Of a stretch of DNA of 64,000 bases, positions 1-11,702 are shown piece by piece. The translations under genes and the position numbers were made by a program. Each line of letters starts with the position of its first letter. The first letter of the stretch is position 1. Source of the stretch: an uncultured SAR86 cluster bacterium (lineage in GTDB: Bacteria > Pseudomonadota > Gammaproteobacteria > Magnimaribacterales > D2472). The stretch spans positions 135,936 to 199,935 of the forward strand of contig CACEAP010000003.1 of assembly GCA_902557645.1 (NCBI GenBank). Reading direction: 5' to 3'. A model generated the notes under the pieces. The model saw nothing but the letters and a program-made list of their open reading frames with translations, did no database searches and had not been told where the DNA came from.

Positions 1-930
1 GTTCTTGCATGGGGTATTCCTTATTATGGACCTATGCATGGCTCTAAGCTTGTGATGCCTGGTATGCAAATGGAAGGCGAACCTTTGTATGATCTGATTG
101 AAAAAGAGAAGGTTACTTTAGCTTTTGGTGTGCCTACTATTTGGATGGGTTTGCTTGCTTATTGTAGAGACAATAGTAAAATTTTAACTTCAGTAAGAAA
201 TACTATTATTGGCGGATCAGCACTTTCGCTTCCCACTCTTCAGGAATTTGATGAAGTACACGATGTTAATGTTATCCATGCATGGGGCATGACTGAAATG
301 AGTCCTCTAGGGACTATAAATGTTCCCACTCCAGAAATGGAGAATATGAATAAAGAAGAGAAATATGCAATTCAGCTTAAACAAGGTAAACCAATTTATG
401 GTGTTGAGCTTAAAGTTGTAGATGATGCTGGAGTTGAACTTCCTAAAGATGGTGAATCTCAAGGTCACTTAATGGTAAGAGGTCCTTGGATTCTACAAAA
501 ATACTTTAAAGCAGAAAAAGATGCAGTCGATAAAGATGGATGGTTTGATACAGGAGATATTTCTGTTTTAGATACAGATGGTTATATGATCATTAAAGAC
601 AGAGCCAAGGACGTTATTAAGTCTGGAGGTGAGTGGATAAGTTCAATAGATTTAGAGAATGCTGCTTTTGGGCATCCTGACATTGCAGAAGCTTGTGTTG
701 TAGGCATTCCTCATCCTAAATGGGATGAAAGACCAATGCTGTTTGTAGTTACAAATAGTGGCGAGCCTATAGAAAAAGATGGAATATTAGATTTCCTTAC
801 CTCTAAAGTTGCTAAGTGGTGGCTTCCTGACGAAATTGTTTTCTTAAAAGAGTTACCGCATGGAGCAACAGGCAAACTCCAAAAATTTGAATTAAGGGAA
901 GAATATAATAATTATTATATGGAGAAATAG
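1..930 (+). CDS. Long-chain fatty-acid--CoA ligase / DmdB-like acyl-CoA synthetase, 5'-partial
   Basis: Frame is open from base 1 ([14 protein letters not shown]...). AMP-binding motifs [29 protein letters not shown] and TGKLQK. Confidence 0.9.
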   Translation, partial: VLAWGIPYYGPMHGSKLVMPGMQMEGEPLYDLIEKEKVTLAFGVPTIWMGLLAYCRDNSKILTSVRNTIIGGSALSLPTLQEFDEVHDVNVIHAWGMTEMSPLGTINVPTPEMENMNKEEKYAIQLKQGKPIYGVELKVVDDAGVELPKDGESQGHLMVRGPWILQKYFKAEKDAVDKDGWFDTGDISVLDTDGYMIIKDRAKDVIKSGGEWISSIDLENAAFGHPDIAEACVVGIPHPKWDERPMLFVVTNSGEPIEKDGILDFLTSKVAKWWLPDEIVFLKELPHGATGKLQKFELREEYNNYYMEK

Positions 931-931
931 T

Positions 932-1393
932 ATGCTAAAGATCATCAAACCTAATGAAATAGAATCTGTTATTGGAAAAGATATCGGTACTTCTGATTGG
1001 GTAACTATAGACCAAGAAAGAATAAATAAATTTGCTGATGCAACAATGGATAATCAATTTATTCATGTTGACCCTCAGCAAGCAGAGCCAATATTTGGCT
1101 CGACTATTGCCCATGGTTTTTTATCATTGTCATTAGTTGCTGGTATACCTTTTCAGCAAGAAATTGGATTAGTATTAGAGGGAACCAAGATGGGACTAAA
1201 TTATGGATTAGATAAAGTAAGATTTCTAAGTCCAGTTCCAGTAAATTCTGAAGTAAGGATTTCAATGAAATGTATAGATATAAATGAAAAAAATCCAGGA
1301 CAGTTTTTAGCAAAGAATGAAGTTACTATGGAAATCAAAGGTGTTGAAAAGCCTGCATTTGTTGCAGAAACTTTGAGCATGTTTGTAGTTTAA
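932..1393 (+). CDS. MaoC/NodN-family (R)-enoyl-CoA hydratase (hot-dog fold)
   Basis: FADATMDNQFIHVDP...TIAHGFLSLSL and NYGLDKVRFLSPV; directly follows the acyl-CoA ligase. Confidence 0.9.
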   Translation: MLKIIKPNEIESVIGKDIGTSDWVTIDQERINKFADATMDNQFIHVDPQQAEPIFGSTIAHGFLSLSLVAGIPFQQEIGLVLEGTKMGLNYGLDKVRFLSPVPVNSEVRISMKCIDINEKNPGQFLAKNEVTMEIKGVEKPAFVAETLSMFVV

Positions 1394-1397
1394 TGAT

Positions 1398-2825
1398 TTA
1401 AGCTAATAACTTCTTAAGAATTTCATTTACACTTTGAGGATTTGCTTTTCCTTGTGTTTCTTTCATAACCTGACCAACAAAGAATCCAAATAATTTATCT
1501 TTGCCTCCCTTATATGCTGCTACTTGTTCAGGATTATTTTCAATTATTTTTTTAGCTACATTTTCTAATATAGATTCATCTTGTATCTGAACTAAACCTT
1601 TATCATTGATAATTTTATCAACATCATTACCAGAGTTCCAGATATCTTCAAGAACTGATTTAGCAATTTTACCGGAAATAGTTTTATCAGAAATTCTCTC
1701 AATTAATGTCGCAAAATTATTTGATGATAATTTAGATTCTTCAATACTAATATTATCTTTATTGAGAAGGGCGCTTACATCACCCACTAGCCATTTGGCT
1801 ATTAGATTTGAATCCTTTGTCTTAGATGTGGCATCTTCAAAAAGATTAGCCATAGCTTTTGAAGAAGCAAGAATTTTGGCTTCAGATTCCTCTAATTTAT
1901 GCTCAGCAATAAATCTTATTTCTTTTTGTTTAGGTAATTCTGGCAATGTATTCCTTATGTCTTCTAATTCTTTGTCTGAAATTACTACTGGAAGCAGATC
2001 AGGCTCTGGAAAATATCTATAATCATTTGCCGCTTCTTTTGAACGCATTGATCGTGTTTCATTTTTAACGCTGTCATAAAGTCTGGTTTCTTGAACAACA
2101 GTTTTACCTTTTTCTAAGATTTTTATCTGTCTTGAAACTTCAAAGTTTATAGCTCTTTCAATAAACTTGAACGAGTTTATATTTTTAATCTCAGCTCTAG
2201 TTCCAAGCACATCATCACCTTCTTTTTTTATAGATACATTTACATCGCATCTCATTGAGCCTTGTGCCATATTTCCATCACAAATATCAAGGAAAGTTAC
2301 AAGTTGATGTATAGCCTTAAAATAAGCAACAGCTTCCTTTGCACTTGCAATTTCAGGCTCTGAAACTATTTCTAATAGTGGAGTGCCGGCTCTATTTAAA
2401 TCAACTCCTGTTTCACCGTCAAATAAATCATGAATAGATTTTCCAGCATCTTCTTCTAAATGAGCTCTAGTAATATTAATAAGTTTTTCAACTCCATCCA
2501 TATTAATTATTATCGAGCCTTTTCCAACAATAGGCTTTTCCATTTGAGTAATTTGATATCCTTTAGGTAAATCTGGGTAGAAATAATTTTTTCTATCAAA
2601 CATTGAGACTTGATTTATTTCAGCATTGGTAGCTAGACCAAATCGAATAGCTTTATGGAATGCTTCTCTATTTACTACAGGAAGAACCCCAGGAAGTCCT
2701 AGATCGATTAAATCAACATTTGTATTGGGTTCCGCTCCAAAAGTGGTTGAGGCACCGGAAAATAATTTGGTATTAGTTGATAATTGAACATGAACTTCTA
2801 AACCTATGACTGTTTCCCAGCTCAT
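1398..2825 (-). CDS. gatB: Asp/Glu-tRNA amidotransferase subunit B
   Basis: [42 protein letters not shown]. Start reset to ATG at 2825, which overlaps the gatA stop (TAATG). Confidence 0.97.
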   Translation of the reverse strand: MSWETVIGLEVHVQLSTNTKLFSGASTTFGAEPNTNVDLIDLGLPGVLPVVNREAFHKAIRFGLATNAEINQVSMFDRKNYFYPDLPKGYQITQMEKPIVGKGSIIINMDGVEKLINITRAHLEEDAGKSIHDLFDGETGVDLNRAGTPLLEIVSEPEIASAKEAVAYFKAIHQLVTFLDICDGNMAQGSMRCDVNVSIKKEGDDVLGTRAEIKNINSFKFIERAINFEVSRQIKILEKGKTVVQETRLYDSVKNETRSMRSKEAANDYRYFPEPDLLPVVISDKELEDIRNTLPELPKQKEIRFIAEHKLEESEAKILASSKAMANLFEDATSKTKDSNLIAKWLVGDVSALLNKDNISIEESKLSSNNFATLIERISDKTISGKIAKSVLEDIWNSGNDVDKIINDKGLVQIQDESILENVAKKIIENNPEQVAAYKGGKDKLFGFFVGQVMKETQGKANPQSVNEILKKLLA

Positions 2826-4273
2826 TACCTTATCTCCGATGACGGTGTGCGAAGATGCCAATCTGAGCTCATTTGAAAACAATGAGCAACATTTAATAAT
2901 TGACTTTCTTGTAATGAATTTCCAATTAACTGTATACCTAATGGCTTGTTATCAACATAACCGCTTGGAATAGAAATGCCAGGAAGTCCAGCTAGATTTG
3001 CTGGAACTGTGAATAAATCTTCTAAATACATTTGTATAGGATCATTCATAGAAGCAGCTTCAAATGCAGCACCTCTAGTTGTTGGAGTCATTATTAAATC
3101 AACTTTACTAAAGGCATCATCAAAGTCATTTTTAATCAGCCTCCTTACTTGTTGAGCTTTTCTATAGTAGGCATCATAAAAACCAGCAGAAAGAACATAA
3201 GACCCAATAAGAATCCTTCTTTTAACTTCATCGCCAAATCCTTCGGATCTACTTCTAATGTATAAATCTTCTAAATTCTTTGGATTTTTGCATCTTTTTC
3301 CGAATTTTACTCCATCAAATCTGGACAAATTAGAGGAGCACTCAGCAGGAGCAATAACATAATAAGTTGGAACAGATAAATTAATATTAGGCAATGATAC
3401 TTCAACAAATTCAACTCCAAGTGATTCGTAATGCTTTTTAGACTCTTCGAATATTTTTACAACTTTATTATCTAGTTTCGATAAATCAAATTCCTTAACT
3501 ATCCCTATTTTTAAATCGTTAATTGGCCTATTTAAATTTTCAGTAAAATCTGGAATCTCTTCATTTAAAGAAGTAGTATCCTTCAAGTCATGTGAACACA
3601 TTTCATTCATCATAATTGCGCAATCTTCAGCAGTCCTAGCCATTGGGCCTGCTTGATCAAGACTAGATGCAAATGCAATCATTCCCCATCTTGAAATTCT
3701 TCCATATGTTGGCTTAATGCCTGTAATACCACATAAAGAAGCTGGCTGTCTTATAGAGCCTCCAGTATCAGTTCCAGTTGCAGCTGGAACTATTCCTGCA
3801 GCAACTGCAGCAGCAGAGCCACCAGAGCTACCACCAGGCACTAGATTTTCTCCCCAAGGATTATGAACATTTCCATAAAAACTAGTTTCATTAGAAGAAC
3901 CCATGGCAAATTCATCCATGTTGGTTTTACCAACTGAAATACATCCTGCATTCTCAAGATTTTCTATTACAGTAGCAGAATATGGCGGAATAAAATTTGA
4001 AAGCATATTTGATCCACAAGTCGTTTTAAGGTTTTTTGTTACAAAAAGATCTTTTTGGGCAATAGGTATGCCAGATAAGCTTAAATCGGATGCCTTGTTA
4101 TCAAAAACTTTTGCTTTATTGAGGGCACTTTCTTTGTTGAGCGTTATAAAAGCATTTAAATGACTATTGTTTTCAATTAAATCAAAAGTTTCCTTTATTA
4201 ACTCCTCATTAGAAATTTCCTTTGTTTTTAGCATCAAAGTCAATTCCTTAATTGTTTTATATTGAATACTCAT
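2825..4273 (-). CDS. gatA: Asp/Glu-tRNA amidotransferase subunit A
   Basis: Amidase signature [39 protein letters not shown]. Confidence 0.97.
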   Translation of the reverse strand: MSIQYKTIKELTLMLKTKEISNEELIKETFDLIENNSHLNAFITLNKESALNKAKVFDNKASDLSLSGIPIAQKDLFVTKNLKTTCGSNMLSNFIPPYSATVIENLENAGCISVGKTNMDEFAMGSSNETSFYGNVHNPWGENLVPGGSSGGSAAAVAAGIVPAATGTDTGGSIRQPASLCGITGIKPTYGRISRWGMIAFASSLDQAGPMARTAEDCAIMMNEMCSHDLKDTTSLNEEIPDFTENLNRPINDLKIGIVKEFDLSKLDNKVVKIFEESKKHYESLGVEFVEVSLPNINLSVPTYYVIAPAECSSNLSRFDGVKFGKRCKNPKNLEDLYIRSRSEGFGDEVKRRILIGSYVLSAGFYDAYYRKAQQVRRLIKNDFDDAFSKVDLIMTPTTRGAAFEAASMNDPIQMYLEDLFTVPANLAGLPGISIPSGYVDNKPLGIQLIGNSLQESQLLNVAHCFQMSSDWHLRTPSSEIR

Positions 4274-4551
4274 TCAACGACTCTTGGAACCAAGAAATAG
4301 TTTTCATTTGCATCAGGCGCATTTTTAAGGAATTTTTCTTTACGATTTTTTGCAGTCACTTCATCAATTCGAGTTTTAGCAGTCTTCTCTAAAGGGTTTG
4401 TTAATGGATCAACATTTGAGGTATCTATACTTTCTAGTTGATCTACAAATTTGATAATATTTTCAAGATCTTTAGTAATTTTTTCTTCATTCTCCTTATC
4501 AAACGCAAGTCTGGATAAGTAAGATATAGTTGCAACTGTTTCTTTGTCCAT
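4270..4551 (-). CDS. gatC: Asp/Glu-tRNA amidotransferase subunit C
   Basis: 93 aa, C-terminal NAP...YFLVPRVVE, upstream of gatA. Confidence 0.95.
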   Translation of the reverse strand: MDKETVATISYLSRLAFDKENEEKITKDLENIIKFVDQLESIDTSNVDPLTNPLEKTAKTRIDEVTAKNRKEKFLKNAPDANENYFLVPRVVE

Positions 4552-4631
4552 ATATAGGATATTATTACAATTAAGTTGTGTGATGTTAACTCAACTTAAT
4601 TATTTTTTATATTATTTTTTGGAATACTACA

Positions 4632-5681
4632 TTGGAATTTAACTTATTTAAAACTGTCAGGGGTTATTTCTCAAACGATCTTTCGATTGATTTAGGGACT
4701 GCAAATACATTAATTTATACAAAAGATGTCGGAATTGTTCTTAATGAGCCATCTGTTGTTGCTATAAGAGAGTCAAGAGGGCAAAAAACAGTTGTTGCTG
4801 TTGGAACAGAGGCAAAAAAAATGCTTGGAAGGACTCCTGGAAATATTAAAGCTATTAGACCATTATCTGAGGGTGTTATTGCTGACTTCCAAGTAACTGA
4901 AAAAATGCTTCAACATTTTATTGCAAAAGTTCATGAGCAAAGGTTTATCAAACCAAGTCCAAGAGTGCTTGTATGCGTTCCATGTCGTTCTACTCAGGTT
5001 GAACGCAGAGCAATAAGAGAATCTGTCCTTGGTGCTGGAGCTAGAGATGTTAAATTAATTGAAGAGCCTATGGCTGCTGCTATTGGCGCAGGATTACCAG
5101 TAGAAGAAGCAAGTGGCAATATGGTTGTAGATATAGGTGGAGGCACTTCTGAAATTGCAATTCTGTCTTTAAATGGGGTTGTTTATTCAGAGTCAGTAAA
5201 AATAGGTGGTGATAAAATGGATGAATCTATTACATCATGGATAAGAAGGAACTTTGGATGTGTGATAGGAGAATCTACTGCTGAGAAAATCAAACAAACA
5301 ATTGGCTGTTGTACTGAAGAATCAGATAAATTAGAAATGCAAGTAACTGGAAGAAATCTTGCAGAAGGTATTCCTGAAACATTTACTCTTAACAGTGATC
5401 AAATTTTTGATGCAATGAAAGATCCCTTAATGGGTATTGTAAGGGCTATAAGGAATGCTTTAGAGCTCTCACCGCCAGAATTAGCAGCAGATATTGCAGA
5501 GAGAGGTATTGTATTAACAGGGGGAGGTGGGCTCATGAGAGATCTAGATAAACTAATTTCAAATTCAACTGGAATACCTGTTATTGTTGCTGAAGATCCA
5601 CTTACTTGTGTTGCCAGAGGTGGAGGTCAAGCTCTAGAGATCATTGATAAATACAATATAGATCTCCTTTCTACTGAGTAA
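4632..5681 (+). CDS. mreB: Rod shape-determining actin-like protein MreB
   Basis: [39 protein letters not shown]; TTG start. Confidence 0.97.
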   Translation: MEFNLFKTVRGYFSNDLSIDLGTANTLIYTKDVGIVLNEPSVVAIRESRGQKTVVAVGTEAKKMLGRTPGNIKAIRPLSEGVIADFQVTEKMLQHFIAKVHEQRFIKPSPRVLVCVPCRSTQVERRAIRESVLGAGARDVKLIEEPMAAAIGAGLPVEEASGNMVVDIGGGTSEIAILSLNGVVYSESVKIGGDKMDESITSWIRRNFGCVIGESTAEKIKQTIGCCTEESDKLEMQVTGRNLAEGIPETFTLNSDQIFDAMKDPLMGIVRAIRNALELSPPELAADIAERGIVLTGGGGLMRDLDKLISNSTGIPVIVAEDPLTCVARGGGQALEIIDKYNIDLLSTE

Positions 5682-5686
5682 ATAAG

Positions 5687-6526
5687 ATGGTGAGAATTGC
5701 GCCAGGCAATACACCTAAATTTGCATATATAGTCCTCACAATTATTTCATCTTTATTCTTATACTTAGATATACAATATAAAACCTTTACCCCAACTAAG
5801 AACCTTTTTAACTCAGGCTTATTGACTTCAAACTTATTAGTTAAAAACATAATTTTTAATCCTATTGTAAATATTTATAATGTGACTAGATCAAAGATTG
5901 ATTTAGTCAATACAAATACATCGCTATCAAATGAACTTGAGCTTTCTAGAATAGAAAATTTCTTAATCTTAAATAAAGATGAATTATTTAAAAATCAAAA
6001 TGGTCTTATAAGTTTTATTAAGAGTTCCTCAATTAAAAATTCCTATGAATTAGCCAAAGTTTCATCATTTGATACTAATCTTTATAAATGCTGTGATAGT
6101 CACCGACTGTTTTTATATAATAATATAAAACCATTTAAAAATGGCGGCACTGTTATAAATTCTCAAGGAATCCTAGGTCAGATTGCTTCTTCAAACAAAA
6201 GAGTTAGTGAAGTAATATTATTGAGCGATATAGATCATTCAATACCAATTAAATCTAATGAATTCTTTTGTAATGCATCTGGAACTGGAAGACCAAAAGT
6301 TATTGAATGTAGGTATGATAAATCTTTATGGCCCGAATCTTTAGCAGTGGGAGAAAGTTTTTATACATCTGGTCTAGGCGGAGTATTCCCTGAAGGAGTT
6401 CTTATCGGCTCAGTTATTTATATAAATACTAATAATGAAAGCGAGATTATTCTAGAAATAGAATCTCAGGCTGATCCGCTAATTCAAAATCATGTCATGG
6501 TTATATATCCAGATGACTATAAATAA
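5687..6526 (+). CDS. mreC: Rod shape-determining protein MreC (divergent)
   Basis: N-terminal TM segment, GILGQI, TSGLGGVFPEGVLIG; follows mreB. Confidence 0.88.
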   Translation: MVRIAPGNTPKFAYIVLTIISSLFLYLDIQYKTFTPTKNLFNSGLLTSNLLVKNIIFNPIVNIYNVTRSKIDLVNTNTSLSNELELSRIENFLILNKDELFKNQNGLISFIKSSSIKNSYELAKVSSFDTNLYKCCDSHRLFLYNNIKPFKNGGTVINSQGILGQIASSNKRVSEVILLSDIDHSIPIKSNEFFCNASGTGRPKVIECRYDKSLWPESLAVGESFYTSGLGGVFPEGVLIGSVIYINTNNESEIILEIESQADPLIQNHVMVIYPDDYK

Positions 6527-6989
6527 TTTTATAAAAATATTATTTTCTATCCTTATAGGACTTTATCTTGATTCAAGAATTAATTTTTATGCATCGGATT
6601 ATTATCTTAACTTTACATTAGGTTTTCTAATTTTTTGTTTTTGGTCTTTTAGTTTGCCTAATAATTTATATGCCTTATCTAGTTTCTTTATAGGCTTAAT
6701 TATAGATCTCATTTTAGGAAGTCCTTTTGGATTAAATGCGCTTTTACTTACGATATCTTCTTATTTAATCCACTCTTACAGATATTCTTTTAAAATTTTT
6801 TCTTTTCTTCAGATTACTATATTCTTTGCTTTTCTTTCATCTTTTTATTTAGGATTCATAAATTTATTCATGAATACAGCAAATTTTTCTTATTTACTCA
6901 TTATGTTGAGCTTTTTACTAAACGGCTTAACATGGATATTCATATATCTTTTGATGAATAAATTTAAAAAAAGGTTTTATAGGCAATAA
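6513..6989 (+). CDS. mreD: Rod shape-determining protein MreD
   Basis: Hydrophobic multi-TM protein with GLIIDLILGSPFGLNAL; follows mreC. Start ATG at 6513 is uncertain. Confidence 0.85.
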   Translation: MTINNFIKILFSILIGLYLDSRINFYASDYYLNFTLGFLIFCFWSFSLPNNLYALSSFFIGLIIDLILGSPFGLNALLLTISSYLIHSYRYSFKIFSFLQITIFFAFLSSFYLGFINLFMNTANFSYLLIMLSFLLNGLTWIFIYLLMNKFKKRFYRQ

Positions 6990-6994
6990 AAATA

Positions 6995-9900
6995 ATGAAA
7001 GAATTTTTTTTTACTAGAAAACTTTTTTTGTTTTTACTTAATCTATTCTCAGTTTTAATAATATTCTTAATAATATTAAGTACCACTCTTTTAACTTTTC
7101 CTAATAAATATGCCCAAGTAATTGATAAAATAATTTTTCAAGACCATGAAATTATTTATAGTGAAATTTCATCAAAAGGTTTGTTTAGAACAAAAGTCTT
7201 TTTAAATGATTTAAGAATACTAGATTCCAATCAAATGCAATTTGATGCAAATACTATAGAAATTGATTTAAATATTCTTAATCTTTTATTACCAAATAAA
7301 TCATTTATTAAAGGCGTTAAGATAGATGGCGGCAATATATATTCCCTTAATAATGAAAATATTTCTTCAGAATCTCTTGGCATAAATTCAAATATTATTT
7401 TAAATAAGAATTCTTTATTGGATGGCTATATCCATTTTATTCATAAAGAGCAAATGGGTAGTGTTTATTTTTCTTCTATTAAAAATAATCAAAGATTTTT
7501 AGTTAGTCTCCCATTTAGCGATTGGATATCTATAGCAAAACAAGAAAGAATCAAACAAACTAGATTTTCAATAAACTTAGTTGGCGGAGTAAAGGATGAT
7601 TTTCTTAATTCAATTGGTTCATTCGAATTAAATGAAAATGGCTATGGATTGAATAACTTGAATGGTAATTTTGTTCAATCTTATAAAAATAATGTCGCCT
7701 TTATATCTTTCTCAGATTTAACTAAACCTCTTTTAGATAAAAAAAATATCCTTTCAATTGATTTCTCTAAGAAGATAATAAGACTATCAAGCTTATATTT
7801 AGATAAGAATTATTTAGATCTCAATTTTATAAATAATATTAATCAGATCTATTTAAAAAATTTAACATATCTTTACGATAACAAATTATTTTTCTCATCT
7901 TCTTTTAATAATCTTAATCTTCAAAATGTCTATTTGGATTCTGTTAAAAATATATCAGGAACAATATTGGGAAATAGAGATTTGCTGCAATTTAAAATAG
8001 AACCAGATCAAGTACAAATTAAAGCCAATGATGGAACATCTTTCAGCATGATTGCTCATGGCACTTCTTATTATAATTTTGCAAATCAAGAACTTAGAAC
8101 CGAATTACTTTTCGAGGATAATAAAACAAAAGTAGAGTTGCAGATGTTAAATAATTTATCTGGGGCATTCAATATAGATCTTATAGCAAAAGACATTACT
8201 ACTAATTTATTTGTAGCACTTTTTCCAGAGACACTTGAAAGTATTAAAAGTAATCTTAAAGCATCTATAAAGTCGAATTGGATTGATGATTTAATATTTT
8301 CTATCAGCTATGGCCATGATGAAGCATCATTGAATTACATGAATGGATCTATAAATACAAATGAATTCTTATATCAAATAGATTCTGATCAGCTAGTTAA
8401 AGCTAAAACATTCGATTTAAATTTAAAAGATAGGCATATTGCATTATCTCTTAATAATGGTTTTTATAATAATACCCCTTTTAATAATGCTAAGGTTTTA
8501 ATAAATACAAGCTCAGAAGAACTTTTTTATAAATCACAACATGTATTTACAAATAACGATATTCAAATTGAAAATTTATTAGCGGATGAATATTTATCTG
8601 TTAGTAGTTTTTTTCCTGCTCAGTCTATAGGTAGAGTTGATTTAAGAAGCTTTGAAACTAGAAACTTTACCAAGCTGTCAACGAGAAGTTTAAATCTAAA
8701 GATTTCTCCAAATCTTTTATTAGAAGATATTAGTAGTGAAATATTTATTCTTGATTTGCAAAATGCATACGGTTACATAAACGCATATGGCTTTAATCAA
8801 GATATAAATGCATTTTTAGAAGTAAAAGATATCTTCAAAAATCCATCTGTATCTATTTCTTCATCAATAGATATAAATATGGATGATTTAATTCCTACTA
8901 ATGAGTTTTTAAAGATACAAGGTAAAGAGGCTTCACAAATCAAATTATCTTATACTTCTGATAAAGGATTGAAAATTAATATTTTTAATGATCTGTCTTC
9001 ATCAGCAATATCCTCTCAAATAGATTACTTTAATAAACCAAAAGGACTATCTTTAGATACCTATGTTGAGATTTCTAATTTAAAAAAACCTAATATTTTT
9101 GTAAAAAACAATTTATTTGAAACGTTAGTTATTCTTGATAATGATAAATTAAATGGCTATTTTAAATCTGGAAATTTCTTTGATAATAAAATTACTGCAT
9201 TATCTAATGTTAAAGAATTTAAGATTTTTATAGATATTCCTAGATTAGATTTTGAGGACCTTAATATAAATATTTCTAATAGCAATAACTCTTTTGAAAT
9301 AGGTAATATTGCATTTCATTTCGATGAACTTTTGCTCTTTGGAAACGTATTTAATCAACAATCAGGAAATATTAGCATCTCAGGCAACTTAACTGAATTA
9401 TCCCTTAAAGGAAATGATTTAAATGGAAAAATTTCAATGGGTGACGATGGTTTTATGAAAGTAAACATAGAAGATTCAAAGATTAGATCATTATCTTTTC
9501 CAAAAAATGCTAGAAATGATCAATTTGTAAAGATGAGATTGCTTGGAAAAAATGTTAACTTGGATGGAATCTCTCTTGATTCTTTCGATCTTTATATTTT
9601 AGAAAATAAAGAAGTAATAACTTTTGATGACATAAAAATATCTAGCAAGATAATAAATATCAATCCACTGGATTCAAATAAAAAAGCATATATTAGCTTT
9701 AACAAAAAGTCAGATCTATATAAAGTTAAAGGAGTATTTGAGCTTAATAAACCAACAAATATTATTAAAGAATACTTAAATTATGATTTTGATTATTTGA
9801 AATCAACTATGAATGTTGAATGGACAAGCGCTAAAGAGTTAAATAACATACAAGGTAAACTATCATTCTTAGTTAAAGATCTAAAACTAGAGCAAGAAAT

Positions 9901-10342
9901 ATCAAATTCAGTATTGTTAAAAGCGCTAGGAATATTTAACTTAAGAAGCTTTTTCTCAACTATCGCTGAAATAGATCTTTCTGATGAAAATAGAAGTAAT
10001 CTAAATATCAACAGAGGTGAGGGTAGTTTTGTTTTTATGAAGGATAAAGCAAGGATCTCAGATCCGCTAGTAATAGAAACAAATTTTGCAAAGATGAAAT
10101 GGATAGGCGATATTCAAAAAGATAGAAGAAATAATCTTTCAGATTTAGATTTATTTCTTGAAATGAGGCTTACTATTTCAGATAACTTGCCTTGGTATGC
10201 AGCTTTTCTTGGTGGTTTTCCTGCTGCTGCAGGAGGATTAGTTATTAGCAGTATTTTTGAAGACGGTATTACTGATATCTCCACACTTAATTATCAGGTA
10301 AGTGGAGATATTAATAATCCAAAATTATTGAGACTAGAGTAG
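6995..10342 (+). CDS. yhdP: YhdP/AsmA-like intermembrane phospholipid bridge protein (very divergent)
   Basis: 1115 aa, N-terminal TM anchor, beta-rich body, AsmA-like C-terminus (LKALGIFNL...YQVSGDINNP); position downstream of mreBCD. Confidence 0.7.
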   Translation: MKEFFFTRKLFLFLLNLFSVLIIFLIILSTTLLTFPNKYAQVIDKIIFQDHEIIYSEISSKGLFRTKVFLNDLRILDSNQMQFDANTIEIDLNILNLLLPNKSFIKGVKIDGGNIYSLNNENISSESLGINSNIILNKNSLLDGYIHFIHKEQMGSVYFSSIKNNQRFLVSLPFSDWISIAKQERIKQTRFSINLVGGVKDDFLNSIGSFELNENGYGLNNLNGNFVQSYKNNVAFISFSDLTKPLLDKKNILSIDFSKKIIRLSSLYLDKNYLDLNFINNINQIYLKNLTYLYDNKLFFSSSFNNLNLQNVYLDSVKNISGTILGNRDLLQFKIEPDQVQIKANDGTSFSMIAHGTSYYNFANQELRTELLFEDNKTKVELQMLNNLSGAFNIDLIAKDITTNLFVALFPETLESIKSNLKASIKSNWIDDLIFSISYGHDEASLNYMNGSINTNEFLYQIDSDQLVKAKTFDLNLKDRHIALSLNNGFYNNTPFNNAKVLINTSSEELFYKSQHVFTNNDIQIENLLADEYLSVSSFFPAQSIGRVDLRSFETRNFTKLSTRSLNLKISPNLLLEDISSEIFILDLQNAYGYINAYGFNQDINAFLEVKDIFKNPSVSISSSIDINMDDLIPTNEFLKIQGKEASQIKLSYTSDKGLKINIFNDLSSSAISSQIDYFNKPKGLSLDTYVEISNLKKPNIFVKNNLFETLVILDNDKLNGYFKSGNFFDNKITALSNVKEFKIFIDIPRLDFEDLNINISNSNNSFEIGNIAFHFDELLLFGNVFNQQSGNISISGNLTELSLKGNDLNGKISMGDDGFMKVNIEDSKIRSLSFPKNARNDQFVKMRLLGKNVNLDGISLDSFDLYILENKEVITFDDIKISSKIININPLDSNKKAYISFNKKSDLYKVKGVFELNKPTNIIKEYLNYDFDYLKSTMNVEWTSAKELNNIQGKLSFLVKDLKLEQEISNSVLLKALGIFNLRSFFSTIAEIDLSDENRSNLNINRGEGSFVFMKDKARISDPLVIETNFAKMKWIGDIQKDRRNNLSDLDLFLEMRLTISDNLPWYAAFLGGFPAAAGGLVISSIFEDGITDISTLNYQVSGDINNPKLLRLE

Positions 10343-11674
10343 AAATATTGTTGCTAAACCTAAAAAAGAAACAAAACCTACAACATCTGTAACTGTTGTA
10401 ACAACAACGCTACCAGCAATAGCAGGATCTTGCTTAAATCTTCTTAACATTACCGGAACTAGAATTCCTGCAATTACAGAACTTATTAAATTAATAATTA
10501 AAGCTGCGGCTATTAAGAGAGCTAAAGTTATATCGTTAAACCAAATAAGAGTACTTATGCCTATTAATATAGCTAAAACAAAACCATTTAATATAGCAAC
10601 AGCTAGCTCTCTTTTAAATAACCATGAGAGATTAGATGAATTGATTTGTTCCAAAGTAAGACCTCTAAGCACAATGGTTAATGTCTGGGTAGCTGCAACA
10701 CCTCCCATGCTTGCAACAATTGGCATTAGGACCGCCACAAAAACAATCTTATCTATAACGTCTTGAAAAATATTTATTGTCATTGCAGCTATAAAAGCAG
10801 TCAAAAGATTCATACTTAGCCAAAAAACTCTACTTCTAGCAGCTCTACCAGGTGGCTGGAATGTATCTTCAGCAATTCCAGCCATACCAAGGAAGTTTTG
10901 ATCTGCATCTTCTTTTATTACATCAACCACATCATCAATCGTAATCCTTCCAATTAATTTATTTTTATTATCAACAACAGCTGATGAGATAAGATCATTT
11001 CTTTCAAAAAGAGTTGCAACCTCTTTATCCTCAATAGTGGCTAATATTGGACTAATATTGGTTTCCATAATCTCTCTAACAATCAGAGAGGGATCAGATG
11101 TGATTATTGTTGTTATTAAAAGCTCGCCAATATAAAGATCATCTGATGAAACAACAAAAATTTTATCAGTATTTTCTGGTAGTTCTTTTTGCGCTCTTAA
11201 ATAATTCATCACCACTTCAATCGTATGATTAGGCCTTACACTAATTACATCAGTATTTATAAGTCCTCCAGCAGAATCTTCTGGATATATAAGAGCTTCT
11301 TCAATTCTTTGTCTATCTCTGGATGACATTTTGCCTAAGATCATATTCATCCTCTTTTCAGGCAGATGTTGAAGAATATCGACAATCTCATCTAACTCTA
11401 GATCACTTACAACTTCGGATAGTTCCTCATTAGAAATCTCTAATAATAATTCTTGTTGTATTTCATCACCTAAATCAGCCAGAACGTCACCTTCATCTTC
11501 ATTGTCAATTAGAGACCACAAAAATTTTCTTTGTTTTGGAGGAGATGATTCAAGGCAATGAGCTAACTCGGCAGAATTCATTTTATCTAATAGCCTTTTA
11601 ATTTGGTTAATTGAAAGATTAGATGAATCATCTAATAATCTCGTTAAATTCTCTTTGGTATATGAAGCACTCAT
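10334..11674 (-). CDS. mgtE: Magnesium transporter MgtE
   Basis: CBS pair (YPEDSAGG, GRITIDDVVD), MPIVASMGG, DPAIAGSVVVTTVTDVVG. Confidence 0.95.
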   Translation of the reverse strand: MSASYTKENLTRLLDDSSNLSINQIKRLLDKMNSAELAHCLESSPPKQRKFLWSLIDNEDEGDVLADLGDEIQQELLLEISNEELSEVVSDLELDEIVDILQHLPEKRMNMILGKMSSRDRQRIEEALIYPEDSAGGLINTDVISVRPNHTIEVVMNYLRAQKELPENTDKIFVVSSDDLYIGELLITTIITSDPSLIVREIMETNISPILATIEDKEVATLFERNDLISSAVVDNKNKLIGRITIDDVVDVIKEDADQNFLGMAGIAEDTFQPPGRAARSRVFWLSMNLLTAFIAAMTINIFQDVIDKIVFVAVLMPIVASMGGVAATQTLTIVLRGLTLEQINSSNLSWLFKRELAVAILNGFVLAILIGISTLIWFNDITLALLIAAALIINLISSVIAGILVPVMLRRFKQDPAIAGSVVVTTVTDVVGFVSFLGLATIFLL

Positions 11675-11702
11675 AAATAAATTTTACATCAACGAAAAAG
11701 AT

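Noticed and set aside
2826-2882. N-terminal extension of GatB in the ORF track
   Set aside because: It overlaps gatA; homology starts at MSWETVIG (ATG 2825) with a coupled TAATG junction.
4579-4594. CRP-like site (TGTGA-N6-CTCAA)
   Set aside because: The second half-site matches TCACA poorly.
6995-10342. Very AT-rich 3.3-kb ORF as a foreign island or adhesin
   Set aside because: Topology, C-terminal motif and position match a fast-evolving native yhdP.
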